From assembly GCA_018827375.1 (NCBI GenBank), contig JAHJYW010000015.1, positions 14,047-78,046 of the forward strand: a stretch of DNA of 64,000 bases. Direction: 5' to 3'. Shown here piece after piece: positions 7,669 to 16,939 of this stretch. This DNA comes from Alphaproteobacteria bacterium. Its GTDB lineage: Bacteria > Pseudomonadota > Alphaproteobacteria > Caulobacterales > Hyphomonadaceae. The position numbers were made by a program, and so were the translations under genes. Every line of letters starts with the position of its first letter. Position 1 is the stretch's first letter. Under the pieces are notes generated by a model. It was not told the origin of the DNA, ran no database searches, and saw only the letters and a list, made by a program, of their open reading frames with translations.

Positions 7669-9547
7669 TCCGTTTGCCCCCCGACTGGGGCGGCTACGAT
7701 CCACGCGTCCTCGCGGACGGCAAGGAACCTATCTTTCCCGGATGGCAAAGGCATTCTCGATCTATGGCGGCCCACGTCGCTCACAGGTCGGGCTGCGCCG
7801 CAGGAGCGGGGACCGCAATGGACGCCGCCGGGTCATCGTCAAAACGCGCACGGTCCGCATGGCGGCATCAAGCCGGTCCGCGCTGATGAACCATATTGGT
7901 TATATCAGGCGGGATTCGGCCCTTTCAAATGAGGATCGTGGCCAGCTCTTCAACCGTGACAGCGACACAGCCGATAGCAGGCCATTTGTCGAGGGCGCCT
8001 CCACGGACCGCCATCATTACCGGTTCATCATATCGCCCGAGGAAGGCGCCGAACTGGCTGATCTCAAGCCCTTTGTCCGCGATCTGGTCGGCCAGATGGA
8101 GAAAGACCTCGCAACACGGCTTGAATGGATTGGCGCCGAGCATCACGACACAGGGCGACCTCATGTCCACCTCATTGTCCGTGGCAGGCATCAGGACGGG
8201 CAGGATCTGAAGATACCCCAAGAGTATCTCTATCATGCCGTTCGGGAACATGCCGAAGACCTGATCACGCTCGAACTCGGTCCCGAGACCGCGCTCGAGG
8301 TGGACCGCAAGCGCCAGGCTGAACCTGCCTCTGAACGCCTCACACGCATCGATTCCGTCCTGGAAAGGCAGTCCGATCCGGGCGGCTTGTTTGAACTTAA
8401 AAGCAGCCCGGTCGATCTGCGCGCGCAACATGCAGCTCGGCTGAGAACGCTGGAACGCCTCGGCCTTGCAGACAAGCGCGGCTCAGGGCGATGGCTTCTC
8501 GATCCCGATTTCAAGACAGTCCTGACATCCCTCGGCGAGCGCCAGGACAGGTTCGACATCCTGAACCACGCCATTGCCAGGACAGGCGGCCGGCGCATTG
8601 ACGCCGATGGCGTATTTGACAGCGCTGACCCTGATGCCCGCAGCGTGACGGGCGCCGTGCTTGAGACCGGCAAGCATGGGATCATGCAGGATCGGCCATA
8701 CATTGTCATTGATGGTCTCGACGGACGCGCGGTATTCGTTGAAACTGGCAGCACTGAGCCGGCAAACTTGCGCCAGGACATGATCATAAGTCTCGCGCCG
8801 GCCAACAGAGCGCCGGAGGCGACTGACCGCGCCATTGACCAGATCGCACGCAAGAATGGCGGACTGTATTCAGCAGCCTTTCACCAGAAGGACGATCCGC
8901 GCGTGACCGCTGAAACGCTGAGGCGGCACGTCATGCGGCTCCAGGCAATGGTCCGGCCGGCAAACCTGCACCGTTCATCAGATGCCGTCTGGACCATTCC
9001 AGACGACTATCTTCAAAAAGTGCAAACCTGCGAGCCCGGGGATGCCCGGATGCGCAAGCCGTTTATCCGGATTGAGTCCACGCTGAGCCTTTCGGCCCAG
9101 ATCAAAGCGCTCGGACTGACCTGGATAGACACATTCGTGCCGTCCGCTGACATGCTGCACGGATTTGGCAATCAGACCGCAGACGCCCAATTGATGCGAC
9201 GCACCTTCCTCGCCGAAATCGGCATCGCACCGGATAATGGCAAGCCACTGACCCCGGAGCACAAGGCTGAACTTATCCGCAGGGACCTGGCGCAGGCGGG
9301 TCAGACCCTGAGACAGACCATAGGCAAGCCCTACGCCCCTTCACCGACACGAGGAGAGGTCGCCGGGATCTACCGTGGACCCGTGGCCAGGATCAGCGGA
9401 AAATTTGCTGTCATCGAGCGCGCGCTTGATTTCACGATCCTGCCATGGCGTGACGGACTCGAGCGTAGCCGCGCCATGGCGGTATCCGTCCGGCTGCAAT
9501 CTGGATCAGCATCCTGGACCACAGCTCAGCGCGGTCTCACGATCTGA
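7649..9547 (+). CDS. rlxS: MOBP/VirD2-like relaxase with DUF3363-type C-terminus (RlxS-like)
   Basis: RRVIVKTR, H..YI.RD, HHYRFIISPE, AEHHDTGRPHVHLIVRG (HUH motif). Confidence 0.92.
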   Translation: MRATPDNPFAPRLGRLRSTRPRGRQGTYLSRMAKAFSIYGGPRRSQVGLRRRSGDRNGRRRVIVKTRTVRMAASSRSALMNHIGYIRRDSALSNEDRGQLFNRDSDTADSRPFVEGASTDRHHYRFIISPEEGAELADLKPFVRDLVGQMEKDLATRLEWIGAEHHDTGRPHVHLIVRGRHQDGQDLKIPQEYLYHAVREHAEDLITLELGPETALEVDRKRQAEPASERLTRIDSVLERQSDPGGLFELKSSPVDLRAQHAARLRTLERLGLADKRGSGRWLLDPDFKTVLTSLGERQDRFDILNHAIARTGGRRIDADGVFDSADPDARSVTGAVLETGKHGIMQDRPYIVIDGLDGRAVFVETGSTEPANLRQDMIISLAPANRAPEATDRAIDQIARKNGGLYSAAFHQKDDPRVTAETLRRHVMRLQAMVRPANLHRSSDAVWTIPDDYLQKVQTCEPGDARMRKPFIRIESTLSLSAQIKALGLTWIDTFVPSADMLHGFGNQTADAQLMRRTFLAEIGIAPDNGKPLTPEHKAELIRRDLAQAGQTLRQTIGKPYAPSPTRGEVAGIYRGPVARISGKFAVIERALDFTILPWRDGLERSRAMAVSVRLQSGSASWTTAQRGLTI

Positions 9548-9757
9548 CACGCGCAAAACACGCGTGGCGCCTGGGCAGACGAGGCCCTGACCCCTGGGCG
9601 AGGTGCAGGGCGCCTCCCGGATAAAAAAAGTCACGCTGCAATCGCTACGCTATTTAACCCGAAAGGTGCGCAATTGCGCGCGATATGACCTTTATTGCCC
9701 TGTTTTTACATAATTTTATCTCTTCCCCAAAAGAGCTCCTCTCGCGCAAATAGGCGC
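9548..9757. other. Candidate oriT region between relaxase and traG
   Basis: Non-coding gap with palindrome GCGCAATTGCGC nested in AAAGGT...ACCTTT; oriT of ICEMlSym lies directly downstream of rlxS. Nic site not identified. Confidence 0.35.
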
Positions 9758-11737
9758 ATGAAACCGCACACAAACCTGTCCTGGCAAGTCCTCAGTGTCG
9801 CCGCGATCATCGTCCTGGCGCTTTGGACAGCAACCCAATCGACCGCAGCGTCCCTCGGCTGGTCCAGACGCCTCGGCGAGCCGTGGTTTGTGCTCTTCGA
9901 CTGCCCCGTCTATGCGCCATGGGCCTTTTTTGGCTGGTGGTTTGCCTTTGATGCCTACGCGCCCGACATATTTGATCGCGGCGGAAAGATTGCTGCCTCA
10001 GGCGGCCTGCTCGCCTTTTTGTTCGCTGTCAGCTCCTCCATCCTGCGGGCCCGTTGGAACAAGCATGTCACAACCTTCGGCTCATCCCGCTGGGCGATGA
10101 AACAGGATATGCGCAAAGCCGGCATCCTCGGACCTGGCGGCGTATTTCTGGGCGTGACCTCTGGCGCGTATCTGCGCCATGATGGGCCTGATCACGTGAT
10201 CGCGTTTGCTCCGACACGTTCAGGCAAAGGCGTCGGCCTCGTCATTCCGACGCTCCTGTCCTGGACCCATTCTGCCGTCGTCCACGATATCAAGGGCGAG
10301 AACTGGCAGGTCACCGCCGGATGGCGGGCCCTTTTCTCCGACTGTGTCCGGTTTGACCCGACGGACAAGACCTCAGCGCGATTCAATCCCTTGATGGAAG
10401 TCCGCAAGGGCGATCGGGAAGTCAGTGACGTTCAGAATATTGCCGATATCCTGGTGGATCCCGAAGGCGTCCTTGAACAGCGCAATCACTGGGAGAAGAC
10501 GGCCCACTCCCTCCTTGTCGGCGTCATCCTCCACATCCTTTATGCCGACAGTGAAAAAACGCTCGCACGCGCCGCCAGCTTTCTCTCCGATCCTGACAGA
10601 TCGTTCCGCGCCACGCTCGCGATCATGATGCATACAAATCACGTCGGCACCGATGACGCTCCGCGCACCCATCCCGTCGTCGCGCAATGCGCCCGCGAAC
10701 TGATGAACAAGTCTGAGAATGAACTCTCCGGCGTCCTCTCGACAGCCATGAGCTTCCTGTCCCTTTACCGCGACCCGGTCATCGCCGAGGTCACGTCTCA
10801 ATGCGATTTTCGCATACGCGATCTGGTGGAGGGTACGCGCCCCCTCTCCCTGTTCCTTGTGGTACCTCCATCCGACCTCTCGCGCACGAAGCCCCTCATC
10901 CGGCTATTGCTAAACCAGATCGGCCGACGGCTGATGGAACACGAAGGCGGATCTGACCGGCGCCGCGTGCTGTTTCTTCTGGACGAGTTTCCTGCCCTCG
11001 GTCGTCTCGAATTCTTCGAGAGCGCCCTTGCCTACATGGCCCATTATCGCCTGAAGGCCTTTCTGATCACCCAATCCCTCAACCAGATCGAAAAGGCCTA
11101 TGGCCCGGCCAATGCGATCCTCGACAATTGTCATGTCAGGGTGGCTTTTGCGACCAATGACGAGCGAACGGCCAGACGGATTTCCGATGGCCTGGGGACC
11201 AAGACCGAACAACGCGCGATGAAGAATTATGCCGGCCACCGGCTCGCACCCTGGCTGTCACACAAAATGGTATCGCGCCAGGAGACGGCCCGGCAGCTTC
11301 TGACCCCGGGCGAAGTCATGCAACTGCCCGCCTCTGATGAACTCATTCTCCTCTCTGGCTGCCCGCCAATCCTCGCAAAGAAACTTCGCTATTACGCTGA
11401 TCGCAATTTCATTGAGCGTCTCAGGACGCCTCCGCTCCAGGACAAGGGACTTGCCGCTCCCCGCAGCGATGACTGGAAGGGCCATGTCCGCACGGTCCAT
11501 GAAGATCTGCTGGACACGGATCGTGTAGCCGATCTGTCGGCTACTTCGGTCGCCAACGCGGTCGACAATGGCGGTCATGGTTTTGAACAGGCCGGCAAGC
11601 CGGTCCGTCCGGCGCAGCCCCGGCGCCCTGCCCAACCGCATCGACCTTTGCAGGCCGGTCTGTTTGACGCGATCCAGATTGCGGACGGCATCGAGACCAC
11701 AAGAGGCGTAGACCTGACAGGTCGGGGCGACAGATGA
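9758..11737 (+). CDS. traG: Type IV coupling protein TraG/VirD4
   Basis: N-terminal TMs, TTFGSSRWA, APTRSGKGVG (Walker A), LFLLDEFPALG (Walker B). Confidence 0.95.
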   Translation: MKPHTNLSWQVLSVAAIIVLALWTATQSTAASLGWSRRLGEPWFVLFDCPVYAPWAFFGWWFAFDAYAPDIFDRGGKIAASGGLLAFLFAVSSSILRARWNKHVTTFGSSRWAMKQDMRKAGILGPGGVFLGVTSGAYLRHDGPDHVIAFAPTRSGKGVGLVIPTLLSWTHSAVVHDIKGENWQVTAGWRALFSDCVRFDPTDKTSARFNPLMEVRKGDREVSDVQNIADILVDPEGVLEQRNHWEKTAHSLLVGVILHILYADSEKTLARAASFLSDPDRSFRATLAIMMHTNHVGTDDAPRTHPVVAQCARELMNKSENELSGVLSTAMSFLSLYRDPVIAEVTSQCDFRIRDLVEGTRPLSLFLVVPPSDLSRTKPLIRLLLNQIGRRLMEHEGGSDRRRVLFLLDEFPALGRLEFFESALAYMAHYRLKAFLITQSLNQIEKAYGPANAILDNCHVRVAFATNDERTARRISDGLGTKTEQRAMKNYAGHRLAPWLSHKMVSRQETARQLLTPGEVMQLPASDELILLSGCPPILAKKLRYYADRNFIERLRTPPLQDKGLAAPRSDDWKGHVRTVHEDLLDTDRVADLSATSVANAVDNGGHGFEQAGKPVRPAQPRRPAQPHRPLQAGLFDAIQIADGIETTRGVDLTGRGDR

Positions 11738-12204
11738 AAACACGCATCCAGGCGGCGATCTCTCCGGAAAACCTTGCGCGCCTGCAAGCCATGGCTGCGC
11801 GCCCGAGCCTGTCAGAGAGCAAAGTCGTCGACATGGCCCTGGCAGCCTTCTTCGCTGGCGATACCGACGACCAGAGGGACGCGGCCATCGCACGGCGCCT
11901 CGACCGTATGACCCGCCAGTTTGGCCGCCTTGAGCGCAATGACCTGATACTCACAGAGACACTCTCGACCTTTGTCAGGTATTTCCTGACCGTCACACCC
12001 CCTGTGCCCGTCAGCCAGCTCGATGCGGCCCGCGCAAAGGGCGACCTGCGGTTCGATCTCTTTGTACGTCAGGTCGCCGAGGCGCTGCAGTCCGGTGACC
12101 GTATCCTGCACAATGCCATCGAGGATTTCACGGCAGAGTGTGGCGATTTTGCCTCCGACCCGGAACCCGGGCGCCAGGACGCGCAGCGTGATAGCGATGC
12201 GTGA
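11734..12204 (+). CDS. CopG/RHH-like protein of the trb operon (Msi031-like)
   Basis: Position between traG and trbB; RRLDRMTRQ..RLERN..IL.ETL..FVRYFLT.TPP. Confidence 0.8.
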   Translation: MKTRIQAAISPENLARLQAMAARPSLSESKVVDMALAAFFAGDTDDQRDAAIARRLDRMTRQFGRLERNDLILTETLSTFVRYFLTVTPPVPVSQLDAARAKGDLRFDLFVRQVAEALQSGDRILHNAIEDFTAECGDFASDPEPGRQDAQRDSDA

Positions 12205-13222
12205 GTCTGTCTCCCGGTCCCGCGCGCGTGACATGCTGGCGACGGCCTTCGGACCTGTCATCATGAGCGCGCTCAATGATCCTTGTGTGATCGAGATCAT
12301 GCTTAATCCCGACGGCCATCTCTGGATTGAGCGTCAGGGCGCGCAGCAGACAGACTGTGGCGGCCTCATGGCTGCTGAACATGCCGAGCGCGCGATCAGG
12401 CTGGTTGCAACACTTGGTGGCCGCGAACTCACGCCCACGAGCCCGATTGTCTCTGCCGAACTCCCCATGGGCGGCGAGCGTTTCGAGGCCGTGATGCCGC
12501 CTGTCGCACCCGGTCCCTGCTTTTCAATCCGCCGTCCTGCGCAGCGCATCATCCTGCTCGATGATTATGTCACCTCAGGCACCATGTCGGCGCATTTTGC
12601 CAGCGCCCTGCGCAAGGCCGTGCGTGAGCGCGCGAACGTGCTGGTCGTCGGTGGCGCAGGGTCCGGCAAGACGACGCTCGCCAATGCCCTGCTTGCGGAG
12701 ATCGCCCGCACCGGCGACCGGCTGGTCATCCTGGAAGACACGCGCGAACTCGTCTCGACAGCGCCGAACCTTGTGCGCTTGCGCACGCAACCCGGGTCGG
12801 TCACGCTCGCAGAGCTCGTCCGCTGCACGCTGCGCCTGCGTCCTGACCGGATCATCATTGGCGAGGTCCGCGGCGCCGAAGCCCTCGACATGCTGAAGGC
12901 CTGGAATACAGGCCATCCGGGCGGCATCGCCACCCTGCATGCCAATTCTGCCCTTGGCGGCCTCTCGCGGCTTGAACAGCTCATTGGCGAGGGCGCTGTC
13001 CGGATCCCGCACGAACTGATCGCCGAGACAATCGACTGCGTTGTCTACATCAGCCGGCGCGCGGGGGCACATCGCGTCGAAACCGTGGCCCTCATGAACG
13101 GGCTGGGTTGCGACGGTTACGACCTCAGCCCTGTCCAGCCGAGCTTTGAACTCGTGCTGCCGAGCCTGCCTTTCGCTGAACCCCTTCATTCAACCGCTCC
13201 TGAAAGGACACATCCCAAATGA
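12197..13222 (+). CDS. trbB: P-type conjugative ATPase TrbB
   Basis: EIMLNPDG.LW, GGAGSGKTT, ILEDTREL, LRLRPDRIIIGEVRG, WNTGHPGG. Confidence 0.95.
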   Translation: MRESVSRSRARDMLATAFGPVIMSALNDPCVIEIMLNPDGHLWIERQGAQQTDCGGLMAAEHAERAIRLVATLGGRELTPTSPIVSAELPMGGERFEAVMPPVAPGPCFSIRRPAQRIILLDDYVTSGTMSAHFASALRKAVRERANVLVVGGAGSGKTTLANALLAEIARTGDRLVILEDTRELVSTAPNLVRLRTQPGSVTLAELVRCTLRLRPDRIIIGEVRGAEALDMLKAWNTGHPGGIATLHANSALGGLSRLEQLIGEGAVRIPHELIAETIDCVVYISRRAGAHRVETVALMNGLGCDGYDLSPVQPSFELVLPSLPFAEPLHSTAPERTHPK

Positions 13223-13530
13223 ACAAGGATCATGTAAAATTACTCGCCCTCGCAGGGCTCATGGCCGCGCTCTCTCTACCGGCCCACGCCGCTGGATCAG
13301 GTATGCCATGGGAAGCCCCGCTGCAATCGGTCCTGGAATCCATTGAAGGTCCTGTATCGAAGATACTCGCCACGATCGTCATCATCCTGACCGGCCTCGG
13401 CCTTGCCTTCGGCGAGAGCGGCGGAGGCATGCGCAAGCTCCTGCAGATTGTCTTTGGCCTGTCGATCGCATTCGCTGCGACCTCGTTCTTCCTCTCTTTC
13501 TTTTCGTTCGGCGGCGGGGCGACCCTCTGA
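13219..13530 (+). CDS. trbC: TrbC/VirB2 pilin
   Basis: AGSGMPWEAPL..VL.SIEGPV, two TM helices. Confidence 0.93.
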   Translation: MNKDHVKLLALAGLMAALSLPAHAAGSGMPWEAPLQSVLESIEGPVSKILATIVIILTGLGLAFGESGGGMRKLLQIVFGLSIAFAATSFFLSFFSFGGGATL

Positions 13531-13802
13531 TGACGAACACCCGCGCCCTGCCCGATGGCTACTGCGTCCCGGTGCATCAATCCCTGACAGCGCCCATCCT
13601 GCTGGCAGGTGCCCCGCGATTGGCCACCATTGCCAATGGCACGCTCGCAGCAGGGCTCGGCGTCGGCCTGCAGCTCTGGGGGGTCGGGCTCGTATTCTGG
13701 ATCATTGCGCAGGGCATCTGCGTGTTTGCAGCGCGCCGCGACCCGCAATTTACCGAAGTCCTCGTTCGGCATATCCGCCACAGGAGCTATTACGAATGTT
13801 GA
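13530..13802 (+). CDS. trbD: TrbD/VirB3
   Basis: PVHQSLT.PILLAGAPR..AI.NGTLAA, A.RDPQF.EV. Confidence 0.92.
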   Translation: MTNTRALPDGYCVPVHQSLTAPILLAGAPRLATIANGTLAAGLGVGLQLWGVGLVFWIIAQGICVFAARRDPQFTEVLVRHIRHRSYYEC

Positions 13803-16225
13803 ATCTCGCTGAATACCGCCGGCGGCCCACTTCGCTCGCCGACTATCTGAAATGGGCCTGTCTCGTCGCCCCCGGCATTGTCCTCAACAAGGATGGCAGC
13901 CTCCAGCGCACGATTGCCTATCGTGGACCTGACCTTGAAAGCGTCACGCCCGAAGAACGGGTCTCGGTGACGGCCCGTATGAATAATCTTTTGCGCCGGT
14001 TCGGATCCGGATGGGCCCTTCACATCGAAGCAAGCCGCAGGCCCTCGGTCACCTATCCCACGAACGCCTGGCGCGACGGCGCCGCCTGGCTCGTCGATGA
14101 AGAACGCCGCGCTGCCTTCGAAGAAGATGGGCGGCATTTCGAAACCGATTGCTTCCTGACCCTGACCTGGATGGCACCCGCTGATCGAACCGCCCGGATC
14201 GAACGTCTTTTCATCGAGGATCCGGCGGATGCCGCGACAGCTTTCTGGAGCGAACATATTGGCTATTTCGAAACAGAAACGTCGAGGGCATGCGACCTGA
14301 TGGCCGACATGATGCCGGAGGCCCGTTTCCTCGACGATGCCGAGACACTGACCTATTTGCATGCCTGCATTTCGGTGAACCGTCACGTGCTTGAGGCACC
14401 TGACCTTCCCATGTGCCTTGATGCCCTGCTTGCCGATACGCCCCTGACCGGCGGCCTTGTTCCGAGGCTGGGCGAGGAGACATTGAAAGTGGTGACGATA
14501 AATGGCTTCCCGGCGACCGGCGAGCCAGGTCTCCTGTCCGAACTCGACCAGCTTGGATTTGCCTATCGCTGGGTCACGCGGTTCCTTCCGCTGGACAGGT
14601 CAGACGCTGAAAAGACATTGAACGCCTATGTCCGGAACTGGTTTGCCAAACGCCGTTCGCTCACGTCCTACCTGCGCGAAATTCTCACCAGCGAACCTGC
14701 CACGCTCATCAATAACGACGCCGGCAACCAGGCGGCCGATGCCGATCAGGCCCTGCAGGCGCTCGGCGCCGGCCATGTCGCCTTCGGTTACTGCACGATC
14801 GCTGTCGTGGTGCGCCACCGCGATCCGGATTTGGCAGAAGATCAGATGCGCGCCATTGAACGGGTGGTCAGGGCACGCGGCTTCGCCTGCGTCTGCGAGA
14901 GCGTCAATGCCGTTGAAGCCTGGCTTGGAACGCTTCCGGGTGAGGCCAATGCCAATGTCCGCCAGCCCCTTCTGAATACCGTAAACCTCGCCCATATGGC
15001 ACCGCTCTCCTCGGTCTGGGCAGGGCCCGAGCGCAATGCACACCTCGCAGGTCCGCCGCTGCTGATGGCGCGGTCGGCCAGTTCGACCCCTTTCAGGCTC
15101 GTCACACACCAGGGTGATGTCGGGCACATGATGGTGGTGGGACCGACCGGGTCCGGCAAGTCGGTGCTGCTGTCCCTGCTCGCGCTCCAGTTTCGCCGCT
15201 ACAGCCAGGCCCAGGTCTTCATCTTCGACAAGGGGGCATCGGCGCGCTGCGCGACATTGGCCCTTGCGGGCACCTGGTACGCGCTCGGCCTTGACGGCGA
15301 TATCGCATTCCAGCCGCTGCGGGACATAGACAGCGAGGCCGGACGTGCAGTGGCGCAGACCTGGGTTCTCGGTCTTGTCACGCAGGAAAGCGTCGCCGTA
15401 ACCCCGCAGGTCAAGCAGGCCGTCTGGAGCGCGCTGCAAAGTCTTGGCGCCGCGCCGGCCAGGCAACGCACGCTGAGCGGCCTTGCCGCGCTCCTGCAAA
15501 CACCTGAGCTGCGACAGGCCCTGGAACCCTATACGCTTGCGGGTCCCTATGGCGCCCTGCTTGACGCAGACACCGATCAGCTTGCCGGCGGCGATGTTCT
15601 CTGTTTCGAAATGGAGGAGTTGATGCATGACAGGCGACTTGCCGCTCCCGTGCTTGCCTATCTTTTTGCGCGTCTCGACGCGCGGTTCGATGGCCGGCCC
15701 ACCTTGCTTGTCCTCGACGAGGCCTGGCTCTTTCTGGATCATCCGATGTTTGCCGGACGATTGCGCGACTGGCTGAAGACCTTGCGCAAGAAGAATGTCT
15801 CGGTCGTATTTGCAACGCAAAGCCTTGCAGACATTGCCACGAGCTCAATTGCACCGACCCTGGTCGAAAGCGCTCCAACCCGCATCTTCCTCGCGAACGC
15901 CCGCGCAGAGGAGCCCGCGCAACAGGCTGCCTACCAGGACTTTGGCCTCAACCCGCGCCAGGTGGAGCTGATCGCGCGTGCGACGCCAAAGCGCGACTAT
16001 TATGTCCAGTGTCCGGACGGAAATCGCCTGTTCGACCTCGAACTCGGACCTGTCGCGCACGCGTTATGCGCATCTGGCTCAAAGGCCGATCACGCGCTCA
16101 TGACAGACATCCTGGCGACAACCAGCCCGCAGCACTTTGCGTCAGCCTGGCTCCAGGCACGCGGTCTTGGCTGGGCAGGCGAACTGATAAGAGCGGAGGA
16201 CGCCCTGTCATGCGCCGCCGAATAA
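13796..16225 (+). CDS. trbE: TrbE/VirB4 ATPase
   Basis: MLNLAEYR start, VLNKDGSLQ, GPTGSGKS, LVLDEAW. Confidence 0.95.
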   Translation: MLNLAEYRRRPTSLADYLKWACLVAPGIVLNKDGSLQRTIAYRGPDLESVTPEERVSVTARMNNLLRRFGSGWALHIEASRRPSVTYPTNAWRDGAAWLVDEERRAAFEEDGRHFETDCFLTLTWMAPADRTARIERLFIEDPADAATAFWSEHIGYFETETSRACDLMADMMPEARFLDDAETLTYLHACISVNRHVLEAPDLPMCLDALLADTPLTGGLVPRLGEETLKVVTINGFPATGEPGLLSELDQLGFAYRWVTRFLPLDRSDAEKTLNAYVRNWFAKRRSLTSYLREILTSEPATLINNDAGNQAADADQALQALGAGHVAFGYCTIAVVVRHRDPDLAEDQMRAIERVVRARGFACVCESVNAVEAWLGTLPGEANANVRQPLLNTVNLAHMAPLSSVWAGPERNAHLAGPPLLMARSASSTPFRLVTHQGDVGHMMVVGPTGSGKSVLLSLLALQFRRYSQAQVFIFDKGASARCATLALAGTWYALGLDGDIAFQPLRDIDSEAGRAVAQTWVLGLVTQESVAVTPQVKQAVWSALQSLGAAPARQRTLSGLAALLQTPELRQALEPYTLAGPYGALLDADTDQLAGGDVLCFEMEELMHDRRLAAPVLAYLFARLDARFDGRPTLLVLDEAWLFLDHPMFAGRLRDWLKTLRKKNVSVVFATQSLADIATSSIAPTLVESAPTRIFLANARAEEPAQQAAYQDFGLNPRQVELIARATPKRDYYVQCPDGNRLFDLELGPVAHALCASGSKADHALMTDILATTSPQHFASAWLQARGLGWAGELIRAEDALSCAAE

Positions 16226-16935
16226 TTTCACTTGTGCTCGCCGGGAGCGCCGTCTCCCTCCTGGTCGCTCCACCTGCAGAGGCACTGCTCGGGGTCGGTG
16301 ACGTCGTCCTCGATCCGACAAACCTCGTGCAGAATATCCTGACGGCGACCCACACGCTCGAGCAGCTCAACAATCAGATCGTGCAGCTCCAGCATGAAGC
16401 CCAGATGCTGGTGAACCAGGCCGAGGACCTCAAACGTCTCGACTATGCCTCGATTGAACACCTCAAACGTCTGCTCGAACGCATCGACACGCTGATGCGC
16501 ACCGCTGGGGAGGTCAGCTATGAAATCCAGGCCTCTGAGGGCCAGTATGCCGAAGCGTTCCCCGAGACCTACGAGGACCTCTCCAATGCCGCGATCCTCT
16601 CTGAAGCGGCCGATCAGGTCCGCATCACACGCAACGCTTTGCGGGCATCCATTCAGGTCCAGTCGGCCATTGTAACGTCCATCGCCGACGCCCGCGAAAC
16701 GCTGACCGATCTGGTTGACGAAAGCCAGGCAGCAACGGGCAACCTGTCCGTTGCCCAGGCCGGCAACCAGCTCATGGCGCTTGTCATCGAACAACAGATG
16801 CAGATGCAGCAACTGATGGCGGCGCAATACCGGATGACCAGTCTTGAAGAGACGCGCGCGGCCGCCATCACGCAGCAGGCCAGCGTCCGACACCAGCGCT
16901 TCCGGGGCGACGGTGTCGCCTATACGCGGAAGTAG
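16210..16935 (+). CDS. trbJ: TrbJ/VirB5
   Basis: Signal peptide, V.DPTN.VQN..TA..TLEQ.NNQI, S..A.G.L...QAGNQL. Confidence 0.9.
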   Translation: MRRRIISLVLAGSAVSLLVAPPAEALLGVGDVVLDPTNLVQNILTATHTLEQLNNQIVQLQHEAQMLVNQAEDLKRLDYASIEHLKRLLERIDTLMRTAGEVSYEIQASEGQYAEAFPETYEDLSNAAILSEAADQVRITRNALRASIQVQSAIVTSIADARETLTDLVDESQAATGNLSVAQAGNQLMALVIEQQMQMQQLMAAQYRMTSLEETRAAAITQQASVRHQRFRGDGVAYTRK

Positions 16936-16939
16936 CGTC

